Source: a virus
Reading direction: 5' to 3' (one strand)
DNA length: 43,648 nt
Virus record (IMG/VR): IMGVR_UViG_3300038701_000611
Span: 1 to 43,648 of that record
Shown here: one piece after another, positions 8,448 through 19,145 of the stretch
Numbering within the stretch: position 1 is the first letter of the stretch
How the letters are laid out: every line of letters starts with the position of its first letter
Notes under the pieces: model-generated
The model's database searches: none
What the model saw: the letters and a program-made list of their open reading frames with translations, nothing else
Told to the model about the DNA's origin: nothing
Position numbers and translations under genes: made by a program

Positions 8448-11400
8448 CTAGTCTTCTTCTTCTTCAGGGAGGAACTCGAGCGCCCGGTTGAGGAACGCTT
8501 GAGCTGCTACGTGTTGTGCGAGAGGGGCGTTCGCCGTGACGAACTCCTGAACGTCCTGTTCGGACATCGGGGTGCCGGTGAAGAGGTCACCAGTTGACCT
8601 GACGCTTCGGTACAGGCGGCTCCGCGTGGCGTTGCCCATGAGAGGGTCACCTGCGAGGCCTGAGGCTCGGCTCTTCGAGAAGATCGGCTCGACATCGAAG
8701 CCTGCTTGATCCGCTAGGGAGAGGGGCAGGTCGATCAGGTTTGGAGCCAGAGAGGCGTGGGCGGAGTAGTAGAAGGACGCCTTGGCCATTTCGCCGTACG
8801 TCAGGCGCTCCGCGAGGAACTCTTCTCGTTCGCCTTCCTCGTCCAAGGCACCGGCCTGTGCGAGAACGCGGGCCGTGTAGCCCATGGCACCACCGAAGGA
8901 CATTGCGATGACCTCGGCTGCCGAGCGTGCGTCTCGGACGTTCAATGCGAACCCGAGGTGCTTTGAGAAAGCATTGAGCGGGAACCCAAGGAACTGGAAC
9001 AATAGCTGCAGCGCCGGGGACCGCCTCATGATGAGGGCCTGACCTCCGAGGTCGCCCTCCAGCACCAGTCGCCGGGAGTTCCGGTCGATGGCGTTGAGGA
9101 AGACGTTGAGTGCCTCAGGGTCGTCCCACTTATTGAGGTCGAAGTCGCCAATCTTCCGCCCGGTGTCGGGAGACGTTGCGTCTTCCATGCGGCGGAGCTG
9201 CGCGGTGATCCGTTCGGCCATCTCTTCGTCCACCCCTAAGGCACGCATCCGGCGTGGCTCGTAGAGGGCCTTGCCCTTCCGGGCAGCCTTCAGCCAGTCC
9301 TGTGCCTCTGCTGAGACGATGGACATCCGAAGGAACTCCGTGAGAGGGGCCATGCCCGAGAAGCGAGACACAGCGTTGGCCTGCTTCCGAGTGAAGGTGT
9401 CGATCTTCTCTTTGATGCGTCCTTCAGTGGACCCAAGCTCCTCGAAGTCGCCTTCGTACCTATCGACCCGACCTGCCAAGCGTGAGCGAAGCTGGTGGGT
9501 GCCTTGGCCGTTGATGGCGTCAGCAAGGTAGAAGATGCTTTCCTTCGCCTCAGGGTCGCCCTTCCGGGCTTGCTCGAGGTACTTACGGAACTCTGGGAGC
9601 TGCTTGAACAGGCGGATGGGACCCACTCGGGTCACCGCACCAGCCAGCTCTGAGATGGCGAGGAAGCCGGTGTTGTTCATCAGGGCACCGAAGTTCAGTC
9701 GCCTGATCTGGTTCATGACGAAGTTGTAGTTGTCAGTCCCCAGCTGCCGTTCTTCAGCTCGGCCTAAGAGCATGTCACGCATGACCTCTAGGCGATCAGC
9801 CTCTGACCCGGCCCGCTTCTGGCGACCTGCGTCACCTGAGAGGGAGTTGTCCCTGATCTTCTGGACGGAGGAGTTGAACTCAGCGACGGAGTTGAAACCA
9901 GCCCGGAGGAAGCCCGCGTAGCCAGACAGCTGGCGACGGTAGGTCATCCCAAGGCGTTCCACGTTCCAGTCGAACATGTCGATGATGTCAGCGTCTAGCT
10001 CCACATCGAGGTTCAGGGTCATCCGGTTTCGGGCACGGGCACTCTCCTTCGACTTCTTTGCCGAAGGCGTGAGTAGGTCCATGACCATGTCGATGGCGTC
10101 CTCGATGTTCTCAGCGAACTCGTCGCCCTCGTTGAACACCTCACGGGCAATCTCTCGAGCGGCATCCCGGTCGGCCTTGGTGACAGGCTTGTGGGGACTT
10201 CCGGTTCCCCTCTGGGCGGGGTTGGTGAGACGCGAGACGGTCTGGACGTACTTCTTGGCGATACGCAGGGCCATCTCACCTTCCGTCATCGGACGGCGGA
10301 TGCGGCCTGTGGCGTCCGGCGTGTTAGATCGTCCGGCGTTCCACTTGTCTGCGAGGTCTTTGAGGTACTTCTGGTTCGACCGGAGGATCACCCTCTGCAG
10401 CTTCTTCGCCACCCCATCAATGCCACCGCTGGTGTTCAGGACTTTCCTGAAGCCGTCCTCGGAGAACATACGCATGAGGTAGGTCGGATCGTGCTCGATC
10501 TCGGCGAACTCTTCGAGGCCCCGGCCCTGACCTGCAGTGGCACGGCCCCCGTTGTAGAACTCGTTCTTCACGTAGGAGAGAGTGTCCTGATGGAAGTTCG
10601 ACCAGACCTTAGCGGCCCGGAGAACGTCAACGTCGTCAGACCGGCGAGCGCCCACCATGACCTGAGCTACGAGGGTGTTGAACTGCTCGATCTGCTCGGT
10701 TGATGGTGCCCCCGTAGGGGAGAGACGCCCTTGCCGCTTCCAGTAGGCAGCAGCCGCATCGCGGTGCTCCCTGACGAAGCTGGCTCCGCTCTCGTAGATA
10801 CGCCGCTGGGCCTCAGCCGCTGTTTGACGCTGGGCGGACCCTGAGAAGGGGTTCCAGCTCAGGCGAGCGCCGAGGTCACGGGTGATGCTGTCGGTTGACC
10901 TCTGGAGGAAGTTCAAAGGCGTCCCGAAGATGCCGATGCCCCACTGAGTGCCGGGTATCTTGAACTCGGCCCTACCGGGGGCACCCTCAACTTCAAAGGT
11001 CCCGTCCTCCATCTCTCGGAGAACAGGACGTGCCTGTGCAGCGCCGACCGAGCTTGAGAGAGCTGTTTGCCCCTCAAGGGCCTCAGCAGCGGCCCTGTCG
11101 AGGGCTTGGATGTCTTCAGCCCCCACACCCCTAGCAAGAGAGCCGAGGGCACCAGAGAGGGCTGTGGACCCCATTATGGCGATGGTAGTTTCCTGCCACC
11201 CGATTGCCGGGTCCATGTTCATACGGGCCAGCTCTCCGGGGGCGTCAGCAAGACCTACCCCAGCACCGCGCATAGCGTTGCCGAGGCGTGTCGCACCTGA
11301 GCCTACCTTCAGCACGGCACCAGCGGCACCGCCTGAAAGGACGAAGGCAGGGTCGAACACGTTGACGGCTGTACGGGCCACGAAGTTCGTGAAACCGTTA

Positions 11401-11888
11401 CCGCTGTCCGCGATCCGGGCCTCCCTCTGCATCCGGCCAGCGTGTGCCTCAGCGAGGGCTTCCATGTCCTCCGGGGACCTAGCGTCCGCCAGACGGTCGT
11501 AGAAGCGCTCATCCAGACCCCAGCTGTTCGCGGTATCCACGATCTGCTCAGGGGTAGGATCGAAGTCAGGCATGTCGCCCAGTGCTTCTCCGACCAGAGG
11601 GCCGAAGCGGCGGGCGCGGGCGCTGTACTCGTCACGGCTGGAGCCACCCAGCCAGTCCTGCGAAGCGAGGTCCGCTAGGCGCGGAGAGTAGACTTCAGGG
11701 ATGATGCTGTTGCCGCTGGGGCGGGTAGCGATCCAAGGTGACCGTGCAGCGGACACTTGCGTCTCCCCCTCGGGGGCGTTCTCCAGTGCCTTATCAGCGT
11801 CAAACTGGAGGGGGGCCTCCTCCTCCAGATCGCCGGGTTGATATCCGGTCTGGATGGAGAAAGCCTCGAGAAACTCGTCTCGTTGCAT
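8448..11888 (-). CDS. Internal virion protein, gp16 position
   Basis: 1146-aa ORF, the largest gene in the window, lying between the gp15-position gene and the tail fibre. Assigned by gene order and size only. No lytic transglycosylase motif was recognised by eye. Confidence 0.65.
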   Translation of the reverse strand: MQRDEFLEAFSIQTGYQPGDLEEEAPLQFDADKALENAPEGETQVSAARSPWIATRPSGNSIIPEVYSPRLADLASQDWLGGSSRDEYSARARRFGPLVGEALGDMPDFDPTPEQIVDTANSWGLDERFYDRLADARSPEDMEALAEAHAGRMQREARIADSGNGFTNFVARTAVNVFDPAFVLSGGAAGAVLKVGSGATRLGNAMRGAGVGLADAPGELARMNMDPAIGWQETTIAIMGSTALSGALGSLARGVGAEDIQALDRAAAEALEGQTALSSSVGAAQARPVLREMEDGTFEVEGAPGRAEFKIPGTQWGIGIFGTPLNFLQRSTDSITRDLGARLSWNPFSGSAQRQTAAEAQRRIYESGASFVREHRDAAAAYWKRQGRLSPTGAPSTEQIEQFNTLVAQVMVGARRSDDVDVLRAAKVWSNFHQDTLSYVKNEFYNGGRATAGQGRGLEEFAEIEHDPTYLMRMFSEDGFRKVLNTSGGIDGVAKKLQRVILRSNQKYLKDLADKWNAGRSNTPDATGRIRRPMTEGEMALRIAKKYVQTVSRLTNPAQRGTGSPHKPVTKADRDAAREIAREVFNEGDEFAENIEDAIDMVMDLLTPSAKKSKESARARNRMTLNLDVELDADIIDMFDWNVERLGMTYRRQLSGYAGFLRAGFNSVAEFNSSVQKIRDNSLSGDAGRQKRAGSEADRLEVMRDMLLGRAEERQLGTDNYNFVMNQIRRLNFGALMNNTGFLAISELAGAVTRVGPIRLFKQLPEFRKYLEQARKGDPEAKESIFYLADAINGQGTHQLRSRLAGRVDRYEGDFEELGSTEGRIKEKIDTFTRKQANAVSRFSGMAPLTEFLRMSIVSAEAQDWLKAARKGKALYEPRRMRALGVDEEMAERITAQLRRMEDATSPDTGRKIGDFDLNKWDDPEALNVFLNAIDRNSRRLVLEGDLGGQALIMRRSPALQLLFQFLGFPLNAFSKHLGFALNVRDARSAAEVIAMSFGGAMGYTARVLAQAGALDEEGEREEFLAERLTYGEMAKASFYYSAHASLAPNLIDLPLSLADQAGFDVEPIFSKSRASGLAGDPLMGNATRSRLYRSVRSTGDLFTGTPMSEQDVQEFVTANAPLAQHVAAQAFLNRALEFLPEEEED

Positions 11889-11902
11889 GGTTCATCTTTC
11901 TG

Positions 11903-14080
11903 TTAGAAGGGCCTGACTGGTACGTACTCAGGGAACTCAGGCGTCTGGTTGCTTAGGGCCTCTTCAGCTGCACTCAGCTGTTCGGCTCGCCGCTCCTCTG
12001 CCTCCTCGGAAGCGTTGTATGCGGCATACACTCGAGCGCCCCGACGTATCTGGGCAGCAGAGATTGGCGTGGCGTCACCGGAGGGGGTGATCAGCCAATA
12101 GGCATTGCCCTCTCCATGGCGGAGGCTGTAGCCCTCGATGCTCTCGGAACCGTCAGCCCGTGCCACCCCGTTGAGGTAGTCGGTTGCACGCCGTGCCCAG
12201 CTCTCAGGGGTCTCACGGGAACGCGTGGCGTCACCGGAAGGTCCATTGGGAAGGGCAACAACGCGGCCATTCACGACCGTATGCTCCGATTGGTAGTCAG
12301 TTCGGGCAGCCTCAAGGGCGTCCGTCTCTGACATGAAGGCGGTGTACTCGTTGGCACGATCAGCGATCCACGCTGTAGCCACGGCAGCCTCTGGGGCCAT
12401 CTCCTCGTTGCGTCGAGCGAAGTGCCAGTTGCGGCGGCTGTTGAGAGGGTCCTCGATCTCAAGACCGTTCACAGCCTCTCGGAGCACACGGCTGTCGGAG
12501 GACAGGCGGGGCCGCTCTTGGCTTGTGATCGCCACAGCGCGGGCAGCAGCTTCCTCAGGGGCCAGCTCAGGGTCCCTCTGGATCAACCGATCCATGGTCT
12601 GGAAGACAGAACGGCTGCGGGTGTCGGTGACGTACCGGCGTGCAGTGACAGGGTCCATGTTGCTGTACATGGTGTAGCCTTGGGCGACCTCAGGGGCACC
12701 GGAAACGATGCCCTCAGTGGTCATCATGGCCCCGAGGCCGTCGAGGTATCCCTGCAGCATCGGATCGTGGAGGTCACCATCAGCGAGGCGCTGGGTGTAG
12801 ATGCGGTACTTCTCACCCTCCTCAGCCGGGACGGCCAGAGGGTTTTCCCCGAGGTACTGGGAGCGGAAGATGCGGACACCTGCCTCGATCTGCTGATTGC
12901 GGGACATGTAGACCGATGCGCCGGTCTCTTCGTCCACGATTGTAACGTCGTCGATCTCTTCAGCCCTGCCGTTGACCAGAAGGTCTAAGGCGCGGCTGCC
13001 AATCTCAGAGCGCTGGGTGGCCTGCCAGTGGGAAGCCGCCCCACGGCGAGCTTCGCTGCGGCGCTGGTCTCGATCTGAACGCCACCGCTCGATGATCTGC
13101 CCGCGGATGCCCGCAGGAAGCTCCTCGAACCGAGGGTCGTTCTCGAGGGCACGCCGGGTGGTGCCTTGGTCGATGATGTCGAAGAAGGCTGTCCGTGTCT
13201 CGGTCCAGCGTTCGGATTGATCCTGCCGCCAACGCAGAGCGGCCTGCTCGCGGTAGGCTGCAACATCTTCAGCGACGTTGGCGTCATCTGCGAGGCTCAG
13301 GCCGTTGTCCCGCTGGTAGGTCGCGAGGGCCTCAACGAAGTCCTTGTCGCCTCTCTGGGCAGCGGATCGCATCTGGCCTACGAGGATGTCAGTGACCTGA
13401 TAACCCTCAAGGTCCAGCTCGGCAGTGCGAAGGGCCTCGATGGCGGTCCCGATGTCTTGAGTGTCCTCGAAGACGGTCTGGAACTCACGACCGGCAGCGG
13501 CTGTTCGCTCGTACTCGGCCTGCTCCAGAGACCCTCTGATCTGCATCTGGGTCCATTGGGAGCGGTAGCGGTCGAGCTGCTCGTTCAGTCCTCGTGCGAA
13601 GAAGCCGTCGTTGTTGTCAGGCTGGTTCGCTTGGAGGAACTCGTTGACCGCTTCGGTGTCACTCGGGTCAATCCCAGCTTCCACCATGGAGGTGGCCAGC
13701 TCGTCTGCGGTCACCCGCCCCCGGTGAACTTGAAGGGCCGGGAGGATGTAGGGGTTCTGCCGGAAGCGCTCGGCCAGTGGCTCACCCTCAAGGGCCTCCC
13801 CGATCTGCTCGGCGGTGTACCCTTGGAAGCTGGAGCGGATGCGGGCCGCTTCGTCCTCTGCATCTTCGCGGAGGGCAGACACGCGGTTGGTCTCGCGGGT
13901 CACCATGGCGCGGTCGAGTGAAGGGCTTAGGCGACCGAGAGAGGCCGCAAGCTCTGTAAGTCCGCCCCCTCGAGCGTCCTGCTCTGGGGCGACAAATACG
14001 CCCCCTTGGAAGCCACCCGATTGGATGGCCTCCGGGGCGCGAAGGCGCGGTTGTGGCATATTATGTTCCTGCCTGTGCAT
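11903..14080 (-). CDS. Internal virion protein, gp15 position
   Basis: 725-aa ORF. An alternative start at 14059 (MPQPRL...) lies 1 nt after the gp14-position stop. Assigned by gene order and size. Confidence 0.6.
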   Translation of the reverse strand: MHRQEHNMPQPRLRAPEAIQSGGFQGGVFVAPEQDARGGGLTELAASLGRLSPSLDRAMVTRETNRVSALREDAEDEAARIRSSFQGYTAEQIGEALEGEPLAERFRQNPYILPALQVHRGRVTADELATSMVEAGIDPSDTEAVNEFLQANQPDNNDGFFARGLNEQLDRYRSQWTQMQIRGSLEQAEYERTAAAGREFQTVFEDTQDIGTAIEALRTAELDLEGYQVTDILVGQMRSAAQRGDKDFVEALATYQRDNGLSLADDANVAEDVAAYREQAALRWRQDQSERWTETRTAFFDIIDQGTTRRALENDPRFEELPAGIRGQIIERWRSDRDQRRSEARRGAASHWQATQRSEIGSRALDLLVNGRAEEIDDVTIVDEETGASVYMSRNQQIEAGVRIFRSQYLGENPLAVPAEEGEKYRIYTQRLADGDLHDPMLQGYLDGLGAMMTTEGIVSGAPEVAQGYTMYSNMDPVTARRYVTDTRSRSVFQTMDRLIQRDPELAPEEAAARAVAITSQERPRLSSDSRVLREAVNGLEIEDPLNSRRNWHFARRNEEMAPEAAVATAWIADRANEYTAFMSETDALEAARTDYQSEHTVVNGRVVALPNGPSGDATRSRETPESWARRATDYLNGVARADGSESIEGYSLRHGEGNAYWLITPSGDATPISAAQIRRGARVYAAYNASEEAEERRAEQLSAAEEALSNQTPEFPEYVPVRPF

Positions 14081-14612
14081 TGGCTCGAAGGTTGGATCGC
14101 ATCGTGTATCCGCTCAGGGCGGCGTTACCGAGGTCTGCCCCAAGGGCGAGAAGGCTCGGGCCTTTGGAGCGGGGCGCGGAGTTGATCCGAGACTGGGCTG
14201 CGTTCTGAGCACCACGGACATTCATCCGGTGACGCTGGTCTGACAGCTGGGAGTTTCGGTTGATGGAGGCGATGTTGCGGCCCTCTTGGAAACCGAGGTC
14301 CCTCTCGAGGGCGGCGACCGTGAGGCCTCCAGTGATGCCTCGAGCACCTGCGGCTGCACGGGTGGCACCGCGAGCGGCAAGGCCGTCTGCGGAGGCCTGC
14401 ATACGCCGTTGGGTGGCTTCCTCTTGGGCAGCCATCGAGGACATGTTGGAAGCCTCGATGTCATCTTGGAAGGCGTCGATGGAGGCCGATGCATTCCGCT
14501 CGTAGGCGGCGTTCATCTGGTTGGCCTGCTCCATGGCACCCATGTAGGAGACCACCGATTGGGTGGCAGCCATGGCAGTCGATGCCACGGCGATGGTAGT
14601 CGGGTCACACAT
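14061..14612 (-). CDS. Internal virion protein, gp14 position
   Basis: 183-aa Ala/Gln/Ser-rich ORF. Its ATG overlaps the upstream gene end. Its position matches T7 gp14. Confidence 0.55.
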   Translation of the reverse strand: MCDPTTIAVASTAMAATQSVVSYMGAMEQANQMNAAYERNASASIDAFQDDIEASNMSSMAAQEEATQRRMQASADGLAARGATRAAAGARGITGGLTVAALERDLGFQEGRNIASINRNSQLSDQRHRMNVRGAQNAAQSRINSAPRSKGPSLLALGADLGNAALSGYTMRSNLRANAQAGT

Positions 14613-15066
14613 AGGAGAACTCCCTGAACATGGCCCCTAGAGGGCCGTACGGTTTAGGCTCCTCTAGCTTGCAGCCGAGGGCCTCGATGTAACGAAGGTG
14701 GACACTGTTGGAGGCGAACGCCCGGTGGCGGAGGCCGTCCGGGTAGTCCTGAGCCCACTGTTCGAACAGGAGGCTGCCCATCGTGAGGAGAGCGCGGGCA
14801 GCCGGGAAGCCGACAATGTCGTCGGTCCCCATCATCCACGGTGCCCCGGTGCGCCCCTGAGGGACGCAGCCGAAGACTGCCGCAGGGCGACCGCCGCGCT
14901 TTGCGATCATCGCTCCCTCAGAGGCCAGCGCCCGTTTCACCAAGAGGCGACTGGGGTGGCGTCCGGTGGCCGCGACGAACTCCTCAAAGTCGGCGACACG
15001 GAGATTGTCCGCGATGTACTTGATGTCTTCACGGGAAGGTGACCCGTGGAATGTGATGCTAGACAC
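14605..15066 (-). CDS. gp13-position virion or assembly protein
   Basis: 153-aa ORF with a GTG start overlapping the gp12-like stop by 8 nt. It occupies the T7 gp13 slot. A GNAT-like or DUF-type fold is possible but was not verified. Confidence 0.45.
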   Translation of the reverse strand: MSSITFHGSPSREDIKYIADNLRVADFEEFVAATGRHPSRLLVKRALASEGAMIAKRGGRPAAVFGCVPQGRTGAPWMMGTDDIVGFPAARALLTMGSLLFEQWAQDYPDGLRHRAFASNSVHLRYIEALGCKLEEPKPYGPLGAMFREFSYV

Positions 15067-17422
15067 GTTGGCTCTTACTCGTCATGAGGCCCCTCCAAGA
15101 GGCCGCAAGGAAGCTCGCCGGGAAGGGACTGTCGTTGATGATTTCAAGAGACCAGTAAGCGTTCTTACAGGGCGTCTTGATGCGGAAGGTGCCTTCGTCC
15201 AGATCGGGGACGGAGAGCTGGGTTGCACCGAGGATGCGACCTGAGAACTCCTTCTCCACAGGGTCCCGGTACTTCGGCTTGAAGACAGCCTTGAAGTAAC
15301 CGGCCTTGGTGAAGTCGAGCATGTAGTCGCGGACCTTGATGATCGCCTCTGTGTCTGCCGTGAGGCCTCCGCTCTGCGCGGGGGTCAGGTAGTAGGGGCG
15401 GGTCAGCTCGAAGGACTGGGTGTACGGCACGCCGATGATCAGGTTCCAAGAGGTCTTGTCCCCCGGCACGGCGATCTGCCCTGCGGAGACGCTCGAGACA
15501 TCCAACTGAACGCCGGGGGCGTGGGTGTTGGTCGCCGAGTGCCCCGTGACCACCTGCATGACAGGGGACGCCTCGTAAGGCAGGGTGATGACGGTGCGGT
15601 CGAACTGGGCCTGATACTCCACCGTGAGGTCACTTGAAGAAACCCTACGGTCAAGCAGGGTGAAGTAGTCCAGCCCCTCGTCTTTCAGCTGGGGACGGAA
15701 CCTCATCCGCTCTAGGTGATACCCATCGGGGTGTTCCACCACGAGGTAGGCGACGTTGTCGAAGAAGTCGCAGCTCAGGACCTTTGCACCGGCCTCGAAC
15801 TCCCACTCACCCCATGCTGACTGCAGCTTCTCCTGACCGGACCAGAAGTACTCGTAGACGTACACCTTGTTCGGGGCGTCCTTTGAGATCGCCATGATGA
15901 CGTTCTCGAGGGTCGATCCGCTCATGCGGTTGATGCCGGTGGGCAGGTAGGTCGGACAGTGGGCGGTGATCTCGATGGCGTCCTCGGTCTGGGCGGCTCC
16001 ATCCACGTAGAACTCGCGGACACCTGAGGCACCGTCGCGGTCGAACGTGAAGTAGATGAAGCGGCCAGCTGATACCGGGCGGCAGAGGGCCGAAGACTGG
16101 AAGCTGGTCACGGGGTCGATGGTGGCCGTTGAGGGCGTGAGTACCCCGTCAGCGCCCATGATGAACTGAGCGTTCCGGGCGAAGAGGACCAGCTTGCGGT
16201 CGAAGGCCACGGCGTGCTCGAGGATCGACACGGGGGAGCTTTCCCCTGAAGCGTCCCCGGCGACCACGTCAATCGGATCGCTATCCAGAACCTGCGTAAC
16301 GGTCGTCGGGAAGAGGTTGAAGTAGTCGCCTGCCTGAGACAGGAGGACATTCTCATCCGCGAGGAAGCCGATGCGGTTCCTGAAGTAGAACATGGAGCTG
16401 ATCTTCAGCCCGGTGATCGAAGGGAAGGGGGCGCTGTCGTCGTCGCCCACCTTGCGGTCCACCCAAGGAAGCGTGATGACCTCGAAGGTGTCGTCAGGGT
16501 TCCGAACAATGGCGACCGGGAGGGTGGCCTCATCGAGGGAGGTCTGCAGGCCGGGGGCCAACGTCTCCTCCCATACGGTGCCGTTGAAGCGGACCCAGTA
16601 GTCGTCGAAGGCTGACGTTTGGTCACCAACGACCTTCAGGACGATGCCTTCCTTGGCGGTCGCAGGGAGGTCAGAGAAGCGTTGGACTTCCCCTGCGTAT
16701 CCCTTCAGGGCCTCTTTGCCCTGACCGTCCTCCACCTCGATGTCGATCTCCTCGGCTGCCGTGAAGTAGATCACGGAGCCTTCACGCTCTTTCACGCCGC
16801 CCGTGTTCAGCCCGAGGAAGAGCTGTTGGGCGATGAAGGAGGTGTCGATGCTGTCGATGTGGGAAGGATCGTCTCCTCGAGGGGTCGTGTAGGAAGCCGT
16901 GCTGATGACGGTTCCTGTGGACTTCCGCTTGACGGTGACGGTGTAGGTCTTGCCGTAGTTGCCCGCCCGGACGAACACAAGTCCCTCGTGAGGCCTCGTG
17001 GGTGAGACATCAGCCTTGGCCTGTACGGTCACGTCCCGGTTCACAATGAAGGTGTAGTCGGCAACCGTGAGGGACCTGAGGGATGTCGCAGGGGTGGGCG
17101 TGTTGAGGTATGCAGGCTGGCTGTTGACCACGATCTTCGGGGAGCCATCGACGGTGTCGAAGACCTGTACCTCCCCGGAGCTGACCAAGGCGATGAAGCG
17201 GTTGTCCGGGTCGCGGTCGATAGGGAAGACAGCAACGCCTTCCGCTGGGATGTCGAAGGTCAGCCGTGAGACGTGCTCGGAGCATGGCCGTTTCGTCAAA
17301 CCCTCCACAGGGTCTGCGGTGCAGTTCACCGAGCTTTGGAGTTGGTTGATGAAGCGTGAGAGGGGCGGCTGTTGGCTCACCCCTCCGTAGAGGTTCGGGA
17401 TCGGTTGGTTGATCAGCGCCAT
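15059..17422 (-). CDS. Tail tubular protein B (T7 gp12-like)
   Basis: 787-aa ORF with a TAATG overlap to the gp11-like gene. Size and position are typical of gp12. Confidence 0.85.
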   Translation of the reverse strand: MALINQPIPNLYGGVSQQPPLSRFINQLQSSVNCTADPVEGLTKRPCSEHVSRLTFDIPAEGVAVFPIDRDPDNRFIALVSSGEVQVFDTVDGSPKIVVNSQPAYLNTPTPATSLRSLTVADYTFIVNRDVTVQAKADVSPTRPHEGLVFVRAGNYGKTYTVTVKRKSTGTVISTASYTTPRGDDPSHIDSIDTSFIAQQLFLGLNTGGVKEREGSVIYFTAAEEIDIEVEDGQGKEALKGYAGEVQRFSDLPATAKEGIVLKVVGDQTSAFDDYWVRFNGTVWEETLAPGLQTSLDEATLPVAIVRNPDDTFEVITLPWVDRKVGDDDSAPFPSITGLKISSMFYFRNRIGFLADENVLLSQAGDYFNLFPTTVTQVLDSDPIDVVAGDASGESSPVSILEHAVAFDRKLVLFARNAQFIMGADGVLTPSTATIDPVTSFQSSALCRPVSAGRFIYFTFDRDGASGVREFYVDGAAQTEDAIEITAHCPTYLPTGINRMSGSTLENVIMAISKDAPNKVYVYEYFWSGQEKLQSAWGEWEFEAGAKVLSCDFFDNVAYLVVEHPDGYHLERMRFRPQLKDEGLDYFTLLDRRVSSSDLTVEYQAQFDRTVITLPYEASPVMQVVTGHSATNTHAPGVQLDVSSVSAGQIAVPGDKTSWNLIIGVPYTQSFELTRPYYLTPAQSGGLTADTEAIIKVRDYMLDFTKAGYFKAVFKPKYRDPVEKEFSGRILGATQLSVPDLDEGTFRIKTPCKNAYWSLEIINDSPFPASFLAASWRGLMTSKSQRV

Positions 17423-18006
17423 TAGATGGGCCTCCGAACAAGCTGGCGTGCGTTGTTAGGGTTGCGGAACCACCCACGAGGCTTCGCCCTAGCGTCGGCC
17501 TTCTTCAGGGACGCCTGTGCGCGTGCTTCATCCTGCTCGGTGAATGAGTTCTGGGCAGGGGAGCCGGTTGCTCGGGATTGGTACAGCCGTGCTGCGCGGA
17601 TCGCGATGTAGTAGCGGGCAGCTGAAGGCAGCTCGGTGTAGTCCAACATCTGGCAGACATCGAGATGCACCGGAGCACTGAAGGCGTAGGTGTTGTTCTC
17701 GAGGTCGTAGAGCTTCCGGCCCCGCTCGACGAGGCTCATGGCCTGCGAGGCGTGGGTCGGCTTGATCCAGAGGGTGTCTGCCGGGAGGACGATCTCGCCA
17801 TCCACGTTCGGGGTGAACTTCCTGTTGAAGTCCACGTTGAAGGCCCAGCCGCCGTCTTGGACGGTACGCGAGACTTCCTCAAGGGCTGCCTGCGCGTCAG
17901 CGGCCTCATCGAAGCCTGCCTCGTCAAGGGTGGCCACAGGAGCCTCGCCGTCATTGCGGAGGATGATGTTCACCGCGTCGAGTTCGGTGATCGGGTTCGT
18001 GTTCAT
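17422..18006 (-). CDS. Tail tubular protein A (T7 gp11-like)
   Basis: 194 aa. The pattern LDAVNIIL...GEAPVATLDE...GW.FN resembles the T7 gp11 N-terminus. It follows the capsid gene and its terminator. Confidence 0.85.
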   Translation of the reverse strand: MNTNPITELDAVNIILRNDGEAPVATLDEAGFDEAADAQAALEEVSRTVQDGGWAFNVDFNRKFTPNVDGEIVLPADTLWIKPTHASQAMSLVERGRKLYDLENNTYAFSAPVHLDVCQMLDYTELPSAARYYIAIRAARLYQSRATGSPAQNSFTEQDEARAQASLKKADARAKPRGWFRNPNNARQLVRRPI

Positions 18007-18065
18007 GGTGATCCTTTCGGTCTCCGCTACGTGCGCTATGCGCTTCCCAGTGGGCGAGCATTGGA

Positions 18066-18103
18066 GGAAAAATGGGAGACCCAGAGTGTTCTCTGAGCCT
18101 CCC
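18066..18103 (-). terminator. Strong hairpin plus U-tract after the capsid gene (T-phi-like)
   Basis: The minus strand reads GGGAGGCTCAGAG-AACA-CTCTGGGTCTCCC followed by ATTTTTCC, a stem of about 13 bp including G.U pairs. The position after the major capsid gene matches T7 T-phi. Confidence 0.6.
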
Positions 18104-18167
18104 GATGTGATGAGGGACCCCCCGGTATTGAGCTTCCTAGGATAGGCTTGGGGGGTCGAGGTGGTGA

Positions 18168-19145
18168 TTAGACCGGAGCGGCGGTACGCAGGAGCGCAGC
18201 CTCTTCCGGGCGGAGCTGACCGTGGCCGACCAGCATCTTGGTGGTCACCAGCGTGGCGTTGTGCGTCACGTAGTGGTCGTTACCAGTCATGCCGACCGAG
18301 AGGTCACGGAGCTTCAGCGTGCCAACCGCACCCGGACGCATTGCCAGGCCGACCACGTTGCGTGCATCGACGTTGTACTTGTTGTTGTACGTGCCGGTGA
18401 CGTTGGTAGTCGGGAGGTTGTTGGTCTTGATGAGGTTGAAGCCGTGCAGCTGCGGGATGCGAAGACCCTGAATGCGACCAGCAGAGCCGTAGTCAGACGA
18501 GATAGTCTCGTTGTCGGACGCCAGAAGGTTATACTGGGCGGGCTTCAGGAAGAAGTTACGATCCTCTTCAGGGATGTCCTTCTCGTCGAAGTTCGTCGCG
18601 ATGGCGATCAGGCCAGCCTTGAGGGCAGCCACGTCGGTGTTCGAGTTGGCGCGGTTGTCCACGAAGCCGACAGTCTTGGCCTCGTACTCATCACCCGTGC
18701 CGTCGAAGCGAGACGTGGTGTTGAGAGCGGCCTGCACGCCCACGCGGGCCACGTTCTGGTCGAACTGGCGAGCGATGGCGCGACCGTCTTCCTTCGTGAA
18801 GGCAGCGCGGTAGTCGAAGTGCGACATGGCTTCGTCGATCTCCGCGAACGAGGTCGCAGCAACGAGGAAGTCATCCACCGTGATCAGGGTCTCGGCGAGG
18901 TTACCCTGATCGCCGACGATCATGGTGCCCGGAGTATGGTAGGAGGCACCCTTACCGCCAGCAGACGGGAACTGAGCCGACTTACCGGAGGTGATGGTGC
19001 GGACCATGGAGCGGGAGCCGAACACGTTTGCCTCATCGTACGCAGTGAATACTTCACCGCCGTACGTTTTGAGGAACAAGGCGCGGTCGTCACCAGCTTG
19101 GTTGATCTGACCGCCACGGAGTACGTTGAAATCTGGAGCTGCCAT
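18168..19145 (-). CDS. Major capsid protein (T7 gp10-like)
   Basis: From the ATG at 19145 the product reads MAAPDFNVLRGGQ...ALFLKTYGGEVFTAY...MVRTITSGKSAQFP...AVGTLKLRDL...HGQLRPEEA, closely paralleling T7 gp10A. The ORF-track start at 19280 is an upstream extension. Confidence 0.9.
   Translation of the reverse strand: MAAPDFNVLRGGQINQAGDDRALFLKTYGGEVFTAYDEANVFGSRSMVRTITSGKSAQFPSAGGKGASYHTPGTMIVGDQGNLAETLITVDDFLVAATSFAEIDEAMSHFDYRAAFTKEDGRAIARQFDQNVARVGVQAALNTTSRFDGTGDEYEAKTVGFVDNRANSNTDVAALKAGLIAIATNFDEKDIPEEDRNFFLKPAQYNLLASDNETISSDYGSAGRIQGLRIPQLHGFNLIKTNNLPTTNVTGTYNNKYNVDARNVVGLAMRPGAVGTLKLRDLSVGMTGNDHYVTHNATLVTTKMLVGHGQLRPEEAALLRTAAPV

Noticed and set aside
18168-18240. A T7-like -1 frameshift producing a longer minor capsid protein (10B)
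   Set aside because: I saw no slippery heptamer (X XXY YYZ) near the 3' end of the capsid gene. The downstream sequence is occupied by terminator hairpins.
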